A DNA stretch of 64,000 bases from positions 186,001 through 250,000 of the forward strand of contig CDMY01000592.1 of NCBI GenBank assembly GCA_001179505.1, given 5' to 3'. Position numbers and translations under genes: made by a program. The notes beneath the pieces were generated by a model, which made no database searches, was not told the origin of the DNA, and saw only the letters and a list, made by a program, of their open reading frames with translations. Numbering within the stretch: the first letter of the stretch is position 1; each line of letters begins with the position of its first letter. Of this stretch, positions 1 through 20,697 are shown one piece after another. Source of the DNA: Vitrella brassicaformis CCMP3155 (Eukaryota; Protista; Chromerida).

Positions 1-46
1 GGACGTCATACACATTGACGCTCTCGATGTGTCTTGCCGTATGTAG

Positions 47-3000
47 GCCGCCTTCGTGGCTGATGCCTTGCGCGTCATTCGCGGGTTGTATGCCGCTCGC
101 GGGAGGCCAGGGGTGAGGGTGACGGTGCTCGCACACTCAATGGGATCCCTAAGCGTCCTTAAGGTATACAGGTACGTACGTACGTATGTGTGCCGTACGT
201 AAGTATCCGCGGGCAGAGGCCGGCCGCCCATCTATCTGATCTGGGTGCTGTGCTGTGCTGGTTGGTGTGTTTTGTCAGGCGCTACAGGACCAGCCGGAGC
301 TCGTCGAGTCTTTGAGTGGTGTAGTGCTCCTCAATCCGCCGCTGTCGGGCCATCCGCTGCTCTTCGACCCGGCCTTGGTCACCCTCTTCAACTCGCTCTA
401 TGCTGGGGGGGGTGCAAGACCAGACAGGGATAGCGGGCAACCACCGCGACAGCTGCCTCTAGTGGTGCTGGCCTCGGGCATCAAGGATCGGTCGGTGCCG
501 CCCGAGAGCACCGTCGTCCCACACGTATGGAGGAGGACGAACGGATTGTTCAACCCCATCCACCACGTACGTAAGCAGTCAACTCCCACACACCACACCC
601 GTCGGGCGTCTAATGCTGCTTGCCAGCTGGCCAGCGAGTCCCTCAGGGGCCGGTGTGGTGTGACCTGGTGTCCGTCTGGTGGATGGATGGATGGATTGAT
701 GGGTGGGTGGGTGGGTGGGTGCAGGTGATGACATCTGACTTGTCCGACAGCCACGTGCTGTTAACACACGTCAACATCATCTTCGTCACGCCTCTTCTCC
801 GCCACTACTCCAACATTCTGCACCTGGTGGCTCGAGGCGAGGCGGACCGCCTCGCCGACTGCATGGACATCCAGCACACCCACCTTCCGCACATTAAAGC
901 ACTGAGATATGGGAGGTGGTGCGGATCCGGCGGGTGGGGTGAGGAGCCCTCTCCACACAAGGACCAAACGACCGGAGGCTCTCTGCCTTTGCTGTCACCT
1001 GGGCTGGCCGTGTGGGCGATGGATGGCGGCGTGCCTGTCACATTTGAGCACCATGTTAGCAACGGGACAGCCTTCTCGCTCGTCGTGAAGGAACCACCAG
1101 GTCAGCCATCTACCCAGCCGGGCAAGGGTGGAGCAACCGCAGCGTGTGTATGCCTCCATTGGCGTATGGTTGGTACCATGTGTGTGTCTCTGTCAGCTGA
1201 TGTCAACGCTTCTCTCGCTGAGGGCGGCACCGGGTCATTTCGGCCACGTGATCGAATGCGGTGCGACAGATACTTCCATGTGGCTTCGCAACCCAGCAAT
1301 CAAGGTATGGATGTATGCATATTCGGGCCGCTACAGCGCACCCGGCCGGCTGCTGGAGTAAAGTGCCTGTCTCCCTCCCTCCTCCCTGGTGTGGTGTCTT
1401 TCTTGTGTCCGACTTGCTCTCCAGTGTCTTGGTCGGTAGTGCGTCCCCTGAGCCGCTTTTATCCCTCCAAGATGTGCTGGTGGGCGGTCGAGGGCCCTGC
1501 CAACCTTCGTGTAACCCGACACAAGCATACCAGCCGGCCGCCGTCTTCGCAAGCCTGGATGGAGGAGAGCTGCAACACCCATACCAAGAGCAGTCACACG
1601 GGCAACAAGGGCTCCCACGGCGGCAGCGTGTGGCGGTGGCTGTGGTCTGCCATCTCCCCGCTGAAGATCAACGTGCCGCCTGGCAGAGCCGCCGTGGGTG
1701 TGCCTCTCCCGATCCCAGAGGGCATGGGGCATCTGCTGCCGTGCGACATCAGCCTGAATGTGGACGTGGCCTCAACCATCCAGCGTCGTGCCAATGGGAC
1801 CAATGTGACTGATGCCCTGGCTGCCGTCGCGGCGGGGCTGGTGCCGACACTCATGGCATGGGGACCATCCACTCTGGCCATTTTTCGACCGAGACACCTG
1901 CCTTTGACGAACGTGCCGCTGGAGCCTCATGGTGGGGTACATTTACCATCGATGTCGGCGGATCGTCACGGCATCCTGCAGCAAGGGAGGGCAAGGGGGA
2001 TGATGGATGCGGAGAGTGACCCAGATGTGTTCACACCGAGATTCCTGCCAGCAAACGGCACGTCTGCGGGCTACACGGTCGGCATCGTCAGGGACCCTCG
2101 TGTGGCTGTCAATCTTAAGATTTCTGCCAACTGGAGCACTTTTTGGACCGAGGTGGGGCGGCTCTACTTCCCCTACATTGCAGCTGCTGCTGTCGGCTAT
2201 CTGCTCCTACACACGGCATCGGTACGCACGCATGCCTCTGTCTGTCGTCGATTAATCGATCACCGCCTCCCTCACATGGGATGTGGTGGATGGTTGAATG
2301 GATGGACGGATGGATTTCTGCAGGCGGCGTACAGGGCGTTCTGCGTGAAGCCTCCGGATGCGCCGCGGGCAAGAAAGCCATTGCTTCAGTGGGCAGGGAA
2401 GTGGGCGGGGACCATAGTATGGGGGATGGCAAGCACCCAGCTCACGCACCTACTGCCCGTGATGGAATCAACTCTCGACAAGCCCCTCAGCAGCAACCTC
2501 TTCCGGCCGCCAAGCCCCCCCATTGCCCTCCTGGCCTTGCTTCACGCCCTCGGGGTGCTGCTCGCAAACTCTCTCATCGCTGTGTCGGAGCTGATACTTT
2601 GGATCGTCACGTCTCCCTGGTGCTGCCCGATGCCGGGGCGCTGCTGCCGCGCCTTGAGCTGGGTGATGGGGAAGCTCGTGGGGCCGGTATTGCTTTTGTT
2701 TCTTCTCTTGTTATCGCCCTCCATGGCTCTGCTGGGTGCCTTTGTCGCGACGCTGGCGGCCATGCATGCAACGGAGTCCAGGAGCGGCAGGTCCCCGGCC
2801 GTGGAGTGGCGACTTGGGCTGCTGGCTGGCGTCTTGTTTATGGTCGTGATGCGCATCCCAGCCCTGTCCTACACCTGGTGGCTTATGGCCTGCTGTCACC
2901 TGCGACCAGAAGACACACCGGTCAGTCAGGAAACACACACAATTGGCATGGGCGGAAACACAGACAGACAGACAGACAGGCAGACAGAACGGCAGATGTA

Positions 3001-3909
3001 CAGGCGAACCCATGCCGTTTGTGCGGGACCCAACCGATGTGCGAGTGTGTGTGTGTGTGTGTAATGTGTGTTTCAATGGTTAATCAGATGGATCTCCCGC
3101 CGCAGCAGTTCCGCACCTTGATGCGAGAGTCCCAGCACGAGCCTACCCTGCTATTCGAGTCGCCCTTTGTTCTCCGATACGCCCCACGTGGGGGAGGCGA
3201 CAAGCAGCTCGCCTTGACTTGGAATCTGCCATCCGCTCTTGAGCGGCTGGCAGGCCTCGAGGTGACGAGCACGGCCGAGAATGACAGCAGGTGGGCCGCT
3301 CACCTCACAGCCCTGGTGCCGTGTGCGGTCGCCCTTGTGCTGCTGGGGATGGGACGGACCCGACGCAGCGGCACTCAGCGACGCAAGACAGAGGGTGGAA
3401 ATGGCGCTCATGGTGGTGTTCCTTGCAGTGGTGAGGCTATTCGCGGCGGCGCAACGAGTGAGGGCGGTGCGGTACGGCATCGTGTTGCGGCGAGCGACAA
3501 GCGTCCAAACGATTCGGTTCACCAGCTGAAGTCGGCGTGTGTGGAAGGGCGGGATCTGCCATCGGAAGAGAGCTGCAGGGCTGAGAACTCTACCTACTGG
3601 CCTCTCACTGGGCTCCTCGCGCTACAGGTAGGTCCGTCGTGAACCAGAATCACAAACCCACTCGTTATCGATGGGTATGTATGTGTGACATGTCCCCACT
3701 TTGTATTTGTGGTGTCTGTCTGGGCGGTAATGGGTGCTTGTCTGCTGCAGGTCCTGGTGTCTGTGTGTGTCGTGTGGCTGACGCAACATTGTGGCTATCG
3801 GTGCATGCTGTGGCTTGAGCTGTCATGCGTCATGTGGGCGATGACGCTCTGGATGCGATGCGATGCGCACACTTTACTTCCAAGGATGAGTTCAATTCAC
3901 GATAGATAG
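47..3909 (+). CDS. PGAP1: GPI inositol-deacylase PGAP1/Bst1-like (alpha/beta hydrolase plus C-terminal TM helices); multi-exon, 5' end lies upstream of the window
   Basis: Exon 47-163 reads AAFVADALRVIRGLYAAR...VTVLAHSMGSLSVLK (GxSxG elbow in PGAP1 context). It is followed by VVLLNPP, VVLASGIKDRSVP (catalytic Asp region), a His-containing segment, and hydrophobic helices at about 2400-2900 and 3750-3909. Confidence 0.75.
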
Positions 3910-4208
3910 ATAGCTTCGTAAGTCAGCCGCCAAGACAGCATAGCATGCATTTCAGTCAGTCCGCATACGTATAGATCTATCATCCGCACTACACTACACC
4001 CACGCTTGGCCAGGCCACCGAACATTGATTGATTGGACGCATACCAACCTGTAGGACGATGAACAGACAGACAGACACGGATGCATTCATTCACTTATTG
4101 ATTGACTTGGACAAAAGACAGACCTAGGCTAGGCAGATGTGCGGATCTGTTCACTTCACGCCTGTGCCTGGTGAGACGGACGAGACCATGACATTGCCGC
4201 CCGACACG

Positions 4209-4749
4209 CTAATACGTTGCCTTGCCTACCTGGTCCACATTGGGGTCCTGGATGACGATCAGGATGTAGTCGCGGTCAGGGGCAACCATTATCTCGTGCT
4301 TGCGGCTTCTCACACGCAGAAACGTCAGGTCATTCTGTGTGGATGAAACCAGCCAGTGGACACCCAAGGAAGGCATGATTATTGGATATACAAATTGGAG
4401 CAAGCCCCGACCCTCCTGTTGTCTGTCTGCCTGCCTGCCCTCTGTCCTCCCTCCCTCCCTGGATGCGATGCAGCCTGACTGACCTGTGGGTCCAGGTCAC
4501 GAACGACGCTTCGGGCCTTGGTGGCGAGCTGGGATATCTGGACCGACGAAAGCAAGGAGAGGCGTGTCGGTAGGCAGTGGTGTGGTGTCTGTCGTGCATG
4601 TAGGTCGGTACCAGCGCCGAATACTGTAGGGTCATCTTGCTGTCGAGTGTGGAGCGGATCGGCACGCCCTCGCTGTTCACGATGACGATGCCACTAACGC
4701 CGCGGTGCTGTTTGATGCGGGCAAGGGTCTCCTCCACCTCACTGCTCAT
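4209..4749 (-). CDS. DYNLRB: Dynein light chain roadblock/LC7; join complement(4612..4749,4484..4537,4209..4334), 105 aa
   Basis: Spliced product [36 protein letters not shown]...[48 protein letters not shown] matches the roadblock signature; all junctions are GT-AG and in frame. Confidence 0.97.
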
Positions 4750-4933
4750 ACTGGCGGGGGAAATTGTTCCTCATGCGAGCTTCGATCGGCCCCCCACGGT
4801 GATTTTTCCCATGGCCGCATGGATTGCTGGGTTCGCCGACCTCCGCCGCGGGAACCAAGAGTCACATGAATGCATTACAGTTATCAGTAAACACATGCAC
4901 GGCACACATCCATGCAGAGAAGCCTTAATCAGG

Positions 4934-6816
<1,883 letters not shown>

Positions 6817-6978
6817 CCTTCCACGTAGCACGAAGGAGAAACGCGGATGCAATCGGCACGCAGGCTGCAACAAGGAGACCTTGTCCGTAGCAGACAAGAA
6901 TGCTGCCGCAGCAGACACAACGTTCATCCTCCTCGCGATCCTCCAACTGCGAGCTGAAAGCAATCACGCCGAGGGCTG
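6817..6978. promoter_or_regulatory. Probable bidirectional promoter between PLPBP (-) and dynactin p150 (+)
   Basis: Divergent start codons at 6816 and 6979 (or 7085). Positional inference only. Confidence 0.4.
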
Positions 6979-9900
6979 ATGGACCAAGGTGAGATGCGCG
7001 TCGACACACACGCTCACTTGAAATATAGTTTGTGCAATTTCTGCCGTCTTGGCCCTGGGCGGCAGGTGAAGAGAAAACCAGTCCATGATGCGTGTCGGCG
7101 CCAAAGTGAGCGTGAGTGGTCGAATTGGGCACGTTCGCTTCGCAGGAACCACAAAGGTGCAGAGCATGCAGTGCTCGTGCTCAAGACTACGTCGCCAGAA
7201 CGAGTGTGATCTTCTCTTTCATTCAGTTCGCCCAAGGACAGTGGATTGGTGTTGAGCTTGATGTAAGTGAAAGGTGATGTTCTCTCTGCTTATGCTTAAC
7301 GGTGGCCTCCGTGCCTCTTGGCCGGTGAATCTTCAGGAGCCCGAGGGCAAGAACGATGGGACGGTGCAGGGCGAGAAGTATTTCAGCTGCAAGCCAAAGC
7401 ATGGCATCTTCGTCCGCCCTCCACAGGTGGGGCCATTGCAGCGAGGCACTCTTTGTCGGCCCTCGGTGTATATTGTATGTAGCTAGCTGCCTGTCCTGTC
7501 TGTCTGTGTGTCGTGGCTGTCTGTGTGCTGCTACGTGCAGGTAACGCTGATCGCGGAGGCCGAGGAGGAGTCGCCAGCGCCTTCTGCTGCGGCGGCTCCG
7601 CCCACTCCAACACCAGATGTGTCGGTGCCGTCGACACCCCAGCCCCAGGCCCAACCGTCAGAGGGTGGGCGACGCACCCCAGCCACAGAGCCAGCGGGTT
7701 AGCCTCCAGCAGCCAGCCTTGTCACATCCTGTCAGCCAGCTCTTTACCCTGTGGGTGTCTCTCTTTCATTGGCTCACAGCAGGCCGTAAGACTGTCACTC
7801 CTCCCGTTAGCGTTGCCACTCCGGGGCAAACTGCCTCAGCGGCGCCTGGGCGTTCCCAGGCGGGCAGTGCAACAGCAGCACCGGCCATTGCGCCCACCGA
7901 GCAAGGCACAGGACAGTTGACAAAGGTGTGCAGAATCGACAGGACCTGCCACTATGTAATTGTGAGCCCTGACGTTCCTTCGTTGCTGCAGGAGCGAGAC
8001 ACCTGGAAGAGCAAAGCCTCCGCGCTGCAGGAGAAAGTGGAACTGCTGAATCTCGAGAAGGAAATCAAGGACGCCCGGATTGAGGAGCTAACGGTGGAGC
8101 TCGAGCTAAAGGTAGGGGACACGACCACTGCACGCCATCTTCTACTGGCGTCCGTGATCGTGTGTCTGTGTGCCATGTGTTGATTGTGTACACCCGGGTT
8201 TACGTCTGGCCAGGCACATGAGCTCGAGATGCACAAGACGGAGAGTGACTCATCTTACTTGGCATCTAAGGGTGACTCATCTTACTTGGTACCGATCGGA
8301 GGGTGACAGTAGAGGTCACAGCTCCTGCGCCACCCTTCTCTGGCTGTGACACTCAGGTCGACAAGTACAAAAGAGCTCTGCAGAAGCTGTACCAGGAGTC
8401 GACTGCGGAGATCGCTCGGCTGACTTCCGTCGCTGACAGCCTCCGATCACAGGCAAGTCTGCAGCTTGGACCATCCGTTTGCTTCGTCGCACATGGCGTG
8501 TGTTTCAGCTTGCGGCTACTGAGGGAGCCGGGGCCAAGAAGCAATCCGTGGAGCAAGACACTGGCCGCGTCTCGAAGGTGGTGGAGGCTCTCACCCAGAA
8601 AACTGTACAACTTGAGGAGCAAAACAGGAAGCTGCAGGTGAATGATGCAAGGACCGATCGATCGCTCAGCGGCTCCCTCATGGTTCCATGCCATTTGCGT
8701 CAGAGTATCATTGATGAGCTGATGGAGTCCCGCTCGGTGGACGAGGAGCTCTACCAGCTTCACTCGGGGCTACAAACAGATCTGCGGGTGAACATGAGCC
8801 TTGTGCGCCAATGTGAAAGGCATTGAGCTTCTCTCAGGTCGAGTTAGAGGCGAAGGAGGCGGAGCTCCAGCAGTACCACGACATCATTTCTCGTCTACGA
8901 GACGAGAGGATGGAGGCTCGAAGGGTGATCGAGCTCTACCGAGAGAAGCTGAAGAGCTTGGAGCAAGAGCTAGCCAGCGGCGGAGGAGGCCGAGGAGGCA
9001 TTCAACTCGAAGCCAGTGTCTCCACCTCCTCGTTAGGCATTCAGCTGGACTTGAGAGTGGCAAAGACGACAGGAGACATCATCAAACGACAAGTGGGTGT
9101 GAAAGAAACGGGCGCATCCTTCGAGACACTATCACCTCGTGACCTCGTATGCAGGTGGAGCTTCTGGCATCGTGTATCCCAGAGAACGTCTTGGGCCACC
9201 ATCTCGAGTGTTACGTGGTTGTATGCCAGCTGCTCCGGTGAATGACATGCCACTGTAGAAGTGCTTATCTCACTGTGTTGCCTGGCACCTGCCCTCGAAG
9301 GTCCTTCCATATGGGTATCTTCTTCATCGAGCACATCTTTGAGCACTCACTGCGTCCTCTCGTCATTGCGCACATGGAGAACCCAGACGCTGTTCCACCC
9401 GCCATTGGATTCCTTCGGTGGGGCACACATGCATCCTACACAAACACATGCATCCCCATGCAAATCGTTGTTTGTCTGTGCACCACAGGTGGAAATGCTC
9501 GGCAATCTGCCAGGTTGCCAAAACAACCTTTCAGGTTCGCACAGCGCTTTCTGAATCCATTAGTGAATTGCGCGTTCACCAATGGGTTGCTTCATCACAG
9601 ATCTCAGTCCTGCTTGCGCGGCTTCGACGCTTGTCCGTTGATGAGTACATGAAGATCACACAGAACGCATCGCTAGTCAAGATAAGTGCCTTTGGTAAGC
9701 CGATATGGCAGCTCAGTCAAGATCGCTGCAGAAGGACTTCTACGCTGTTCATTTTACATACATTCAGTCGAGCGCTCGCTGGATTCAGTCATCGCTGCCT
9801 GCCGCGAAAACACTCTTTCTTCGGCCACGCCCATGTCTGAGATTGAGGTGAGCGACGGTGCGTGAGTGGGATTGATGACTCTGGCTCGAACATTCTCAAC

Positions 9901-12195
9901 AGGCCGCGTGTTCGCAGCTCGAAGCCAGTGTGAAGTCTGTCGCGGGTAGGGGAAATCGGGATGCTTTGAAACTGCGACAACAATTCCTCATCGACTCACT
10001 GTTACAGGCTCGGACCTGAAAGACATCGACGGCTGGATTGCTGGCTCAGTTGTTGCTCGAATCCTCTCCTCGCTCTGCTTGATGCTATGTCGCGCCGCTC
10101 TCAACAGCAGCATCCTCCAAGCCCTGAGAGACAAGAACAATCCCAACCTAGGCAGGGCGGCAAAGAACCTCTGGGATGGAGCGTTACGGCTGATGGAAAG
10201 GTGAGCCCGTAATGAAAATGAAGAAAGGCATCCTTGTCTCATGTCTGCATCAGGTTGAACGCCGAAGGGCTTGACTGGCAGCCTGCGGCGACGACAGGTG
10301 CACCCCCGACGAAACTGCTTGACGCCGTCCTGAAGGTATCAAGGGAAGGCATCCCATTCGAAATCTGGCGAGAGGACACGCGTGTATGTTTCAAGCAGGC
10401 GGGGGAGAAATTAGAGAATCTTCTTATGAGGTCGGATGCTGACGAAAAGGCTTCAAGCGCTGTAAAGGATTGCCTTGAGGTAAGGCCTGCTTCAACGCTA
10501 CCAGATATCGGCACGTTGTCCACTGAGGCGTTTATTGGCCTTCATCATCAGACGTCGAATCGATCCGTCGCTGAACTGCTGTCCATAGGAGCTGGCAGAA
10601 AAGCAAAGAACACGGCAGCGTCTGAGCCCTGGCAGGTGGGCTGTTAAATGATCCCGGAAATGGGATGTTGAGCGGTGTTCCGTTGAGCTGATTCAGGAGG
10701 CTCCACGGCTTGTCCGCGAGCGACTTAATCAAGTTGGTACCTTGGAGAAGCAACTTGCGGACTCGACGGCTTTGCAACAGCAGCAGTCGGAAATCGCAGC
10801 AAATGTAGGCCGATTGTTGACTATTTTCTGCTCATTGTCGTCGTGTCTGGTGTGACAGCTCGAAAAGGACCTAAAACTGCAAATGGAACAAAGCAGAGAC
10901 CTCGAGCGCAAACTGGGAGAGCTCAAACTGCGCGTGGAGAAGTGAGATGAGAGGTCACTGTGCCAGGATGATGCAAATCTCCCTTTCTGTTTAGGTGTGC
11001 TTTGCTTGAAAGCGAAGTTGATAAACTCAGAGGGCAGCAAACGTACTACGTCAGCAGTCTCGAGGAAGTTCAAGCAGAGTTGGAAAAGGCACTCGCCCAA
11101 AAGCGGGAACTGTCACAACTTGGGGAACAATATAAATCGAAACTTGAAGGTGCGCCTTTCAACGACACCTGTCGGTAGTAAATGTGAGGAGTGCCTTTCG
11201 CAGAGATGCAACACGAGAGCGAGGCAAAAAGCAAAGCCCGGAAACACCAAACGGAGTCGGGTGGCACGATTCAGGTACCGAGAAAGGATTCTGTGGCCCG
11301 AAGTGGTGTTTCGACTTCTCTTGGCTCTTGCCGTCAGGAACTCGAGTCCTTACGGAATGTGATTATTCGACTGCAGAAAGAGGTTTTCTCACTGCAGATT
11401 GGCGGAATCGACTCAGAATTTGCCACCCCTTACATAGCCAACCTCGTCGACGCTTTGCCTGAGAACCACCCTTATTTGGCACATCACGTCGATGAAGCAT
11501 CTTCGCCGGCTGCCGGAAAAACAGAATCCACGCAAAAGCTTGGTAAGTGACGGTGACGATTTTGTAGGCAAGAAGGTGAAGGGTCAACATTGGTCCTGGC
11601 AGAGGAATCGACACAAGATGGTGTTACACGAGAGGTCGTCAATCATCTTTCTCGATACCGGTAGCGGAATCGCGTGCCGATGTGCCTCACGGTCTATATC
11701 TTCTTTCATTGTCTTCTTCTATTCAGGCGTCTCAGGCGTCTGATACTTGCATCGAAGGCTCAGACAGCGGTTGTGGACATAGCCAAAGGTGAGCAGGACG
11801 TTTTCGCTCTTTTTCGCGGGGAATCCCTTTTCTCCGCAGATGCCCCGATTGAGGATCTCAAGAGATCGAAGGAGCATCTGGAGAAAATGAAGTTTGACTG
11901 CCTTTCGACATGCGCGTCGGTGACTCGGGCTCTGAAAAAACGGTAGCCCAAAAGCACGTCAATTATCCAGCTGCAGGCTTGTGGCGTGTGCAGGCTGGAA
12001 ACAAGCGTGTGTCAACAAGGTGAGGGTTTCGCGCAATACCCACCGCTTGACATCACTCGGGCCATTCAACCAAGAAGTGCGGGCGACAAGTTAGCTGCAA
12101 GGATTACCCTTCCCTCGCAGGTCGAAGGAGCGACCGCAATAAAGGCCGGTTGCCTGCAGGTCGACGCATTGTACAGGAAGGCGTTTGCACACTGA
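6979..12195 (+). CDS. DCTN1: Dynactin subunit 1 (p150Glued)-like: CAP-Gly domain, Pro/Ala/Thr-rich linker, long coiled coils; start codon 6979 or 7085
   Basis: CAP-Gly exons VGAKVSVSGRIGHVRFAGTTK|FAQGQWIGVELD|EPEGKNDGTVQGEKYFSCKPKHGIFVRP. Coiled coil with RRVIELYREKL resembling the p150 TIxKYR segment. C-terminal AVVDI and ARITLPS...QVDALYRKAFAH* resemble the p150 end. Confidence 0.8.
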
Positions 12196-12393
12196 CCTGA
12201 CAAGGCCTGTAGATTCACTAGCTTGACTAGATTTTCACGCGAGAAGACATTTGTAGCTTAAAGCCCGCCGAATCCTGGCCGAAAGTAAAGAGCCTTTCAC
12301 AGAAAGCCTTTCACAGAAACCCTAACTCTGGTGTACGAGGCTGCGCTGACATATCCTCGCTCCTTCCCCATATCCCCATCGTCCCCATCGCCA

Positions 12394-14815
12394 ATGGCGA
12401 AAAAGGCAAAGTGGGACCCGGATCTCGAACCGTTTATGAGAGAAGTACTGCGTGGCGTTCGAGTTCGCCAAGCGGTCGAGGTCAGTGACACCTGTGGCCA
12501 TGCCGAGCAAGTTGTCAGTTTTAGGATCCTCCTCCAGGTCGGACGTCGGGCAGTGGACTATTTCAGAGGCCAAGAGTTCGTACGCTTCGTCCTCAAGGTA
12601 GCTGCAAACACATCGATTTCCAGATGCACGCATGTCATTCTGTCTTTGTGCACACACACGCTTTGTTGCTCAAGAACGCAGATATGCTTCGGAAGCGAGT
12701 ACGTCTGGCCACTCATACATAAGTGATGTGATGCGTTACCCCTTCTGTGTTTAAGCGACTCGTCGTCTCCTGCTGGTGCTGCCTCGCAACTACAGGCACC
12801 CAAGGCGTGCGATGGCATCGACCTCAAGGATGTGAAGGATGCTGAGAGGCTTGGCGATAGGCTCATCAAGCGCGGCTTCGTATACAGGTAAGCTTTGCTC
12901 ATTGCCTCTCAGTCAATTGATTATTCCATTCATTTCTTTCTGAATCAGGGCCCAGTAAGTCACGAATGATGTCCAGTAAGCCCGATCGATGATGAGTGAC
13001 CGTCTGATTTGTTTGTAGGTATAAGCCGGTAACCTCAAGAAGTCGTTGATTCATCAAACTTGGCTTGGCTAAATCACATCATCATTTCTCGAATTCCTAG
13101 ATGTCCAAGCCCTCCGAGGAGAATGCAAATGAGGGTAAGCCTAGTGGGACAGGCGCGTCCACATTAACCGATGGCGACACTTCTTCTTCCGTGTGTCCCC
13201 TCTGCTCAGCGGCTCGTCGTCCAAAGTGGCCAAAAAGGCTGATTGCGACCCAAAGGTTAGCATGGCGCGCTTCGGTCAATCAGCAAGACAAGACCTCTGT
13301 ATATGTTTCAGCCAACAGTTTGATGAATCCGCCTTCTTCATTGTCTTGTACGAGGTGGTTCAAAGCTGTCTTCTCTTCAACAATTCCACTGATCCTCTCT
13401 TCCTGCTTTGTTTAAGGGAAGCAAGGCCTGGTCGTACATTCTACTGACGCTAATCATTGGAGGAGTTCTGGTATCCCAACCCTTTTGTCCGGTCTCGACG
13501 AATTCTTGTCATTGAGTCTTGATGGTTGGTTTGTCGGCTCACAGGCCATGTGCCTCTTCCCCGCATGGCCACTCTCCATGAAGATAGGTGCGCATTTGAA
13601 TGACTAAGACAGCAGCAAAACCACGTTCCAAGCTTGCAGGGGTCTGGTACATTAGCGTCTTCTTCATGACGGCCATGGTACGACAAAAGCGAGATGGTTT
13701 TCGAAGCGAGATGATTTCCAAAGCGAGATCTGTTCGTCAACAGCTTCTTCTTGTGATCGGGCGATTGATCATCTTCGGACTTTTCTGGTTCATGGGCGTT
13801 GATTTCTGGATACTGCCCAGTAAGGAGTTATTTCAGAGCTCCCTTGACTTGATCCCTTCACCGCCATGATCTGTAATAACAGATCTATTCAACGAAGATG
13901 CTGGCGTTTTAGACTCCTTCATTCCCGCCTACTCGGTAGGTAGTAACGCATTGCAAGCCACATTTGAGGGGATCATTGCGTTCCGGGTCAGTTTGAGTAC
14001 AGGGCTGACGACTGGAAGATGTTTGCAATTCGGGTCTTCTGCTTCGTCTTGCTTTGTGGTCGGAACGGATCTCGTTTTCTGTCATTAGCGTGTTGGCATC
14101 CGTATCTCTTTTTTGCAGGGGGCTTGTATCAACTCAATCAAGTTCACTCGGTGGATGACATGAGGTATGAACCCGGCGCCAGCTTAAAGGAAAGGAGCAA
14201 CACACCGTAATTCATGTCATTTTTCCCTGTACCAGGAACTTCGCGGAGACGTGACCTAGGAAAAAGAAAGTTGACTGGAGGGTTCAATTGCGGTTTGTTT
14301 CTTCTCTTTTTTTTCACCGTCAGCTCATTCATTGACCTCCTTGAATGGGGAAAGAACAAGCTTGCCGCTCGTAAGAAACTTTCTTGATAAAATTGTTCAA
14401 TCAGATGCGTGTCGCGTTTTCGTTCAGCTCCCCAGCCAACACGGCGCTTTCCGTAAGGATTGGGTGGGTGAGCGGGTGAGTCTGGCAGGGCACCAGTGTT
14501 GCTAGGACCCTTCTCTTGCAGATCGCTTGACGAAATCTCGACGACGGAACATGACGACGCCCCTTCATCAGAGCCAACACCAAAACCTTTTGAGTGCCTT
14601 GCGCCCTGTGGAGTGGAGCCGGACGAGGACTTGCTGACATCGTGCAAAACCCTTACGGTCAGACGGTTGCGGTCTGGCGGACGGCAGAATCCTATTTCTG
14701 GGTTGTGCTGCAGGAGCTCGAAAAGACCTCGTGCTTCCGCAAATGCACCGACTCAGAGAAGGACAAGTTGACCGAGGCTCGTGTTCTGCAGTGTGTCAGC
14801 GAACAAGAGCTTTAA
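12394..14815 (+). CDS. SEC62: ER translocation protein Sec62, about 21 exons
   Basis: Spliced motifs GRRAVDYFRGQEF, LIKRGFVYRAQYKP, RRPKWPKRL, QQFDESAFFIVLYE, MCLFPAWP, GVWYISV, FWILPNLFNEDAGVLDSFIPAYS, DLLEWG. Confidence 0.92.
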
Positions 14816-14929
14816 GACGTATGTATCGCATATGTATCGCATACATGGTCACGTGCGTACTCTTCCGACGGAAAAGACTTTCTTTCCAATTGACATTTAC
14901 GAGAATCATCATGAAAGTCTATACAAGTG

Positions 14930-20486
<5,557 letters not shown>

Positions 20487-20697
20487 CGAACAGCGGCCGT
20501 CAGAACTCCAGCACAATCAGCAGTGCATGCAACTCATCTCCCGCCTGAAACCCATCATACACACAAGGGAGAGTCATGTCTGAACACATTCCACAGACGA
20601 GCAATGGGACGTGACGCCACATTCTGACCAGAGAGGCGTAGCTCTTCGCCACCGCACTTGTTGAGCCGCTAACAAGAAGGTCTGCTCAGGTGAGGGG

